From the NCBI RefSeq assembly GCF_006345805.1, contig NC_042998.1, positions 84,630,001 through 84,694,000 of the forward strand: 64,000 nucleotides of DNA. The letters run 5' to 3'. The stretch comes from Octopus sinensis (lineage: Eukaryota). Positions 63,883 to 64,000 of the stretch are shown here, piece by piece (within the stretch, counting starts at the first letter, position 1; each line of letters begins with the position of its first letter). The position numbers and the translations under genes are program-made. The notes under the pieces are model-generated. The model was not told the DNA's origin and ran no database searches. It saw only the letters and a list, made by a program, of their open reading frames with translations.

Positions 63883-64000
63883 TGGCAGTGTGCGTGTGTA
63901 GTAAGAAGCTTGCTTCCCAACAACATAGTTCCAGGTTCAGTCCCACTGTGTGTCACCTTGAGCATGTGTCTTCTATTATAGCTTCGGACCAACCAAAGCC
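63883..64000 (+). mobile_element. SINE family A 5' part (runs off the window)
   Basis: gtagtaagaagcttgcttcccaacaacatagttccaggttcagtcccactg. Confidence 0.8.

Overview
This is AT-rich eukaryotic genomic DNA, dense in microsatellites. The SINE, LINE and MITE repertoire looks like an octopus (coleoid cephalopod), which is inferred from repeat recognition only. Most of the window is transposon debris: two tRNA-derived SINE families, RTE, RTE-X, CR1, Tx1 and R4/Dong LINE remnants, a degraded Penelope-like element, hAT, Tc1-mariner and Merlin-like DNA elements, and Helitron/Helentron-like elements. No intact transposon ORF is present. Splice-site and phase analysis supports an unidentified multi-exon gene on the minus strand, from about 38.6 kb to about 11.9 kb. 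Its first four exons chain in phase; the middle exons are tentative. The most notable observations are: (i) minimal type-I hammerhead ribozyme motifs in short elements embedded in (TA)n tracts, including a perfect head-to-head pair (22.1-22.5 kb) and a tRNA-SINE with a hammerhead-like tail (36.9-37.2 kb); (ii) many unrelated fold-back elements at microsatellites; (iii) an inverted paralogous copy of the first coding exon inside a downstream intron of the same gene, a candidate dsRNA/editing-complementary sequence; and (iv) local rearrangements (a ~0.5-kb inverted duplication, a 2.45-kb tandem duplication and a satellite with internal inversions). No database searches were run, and TE boundaries are approximate unless a TIR, TSD or splice site is quoted.
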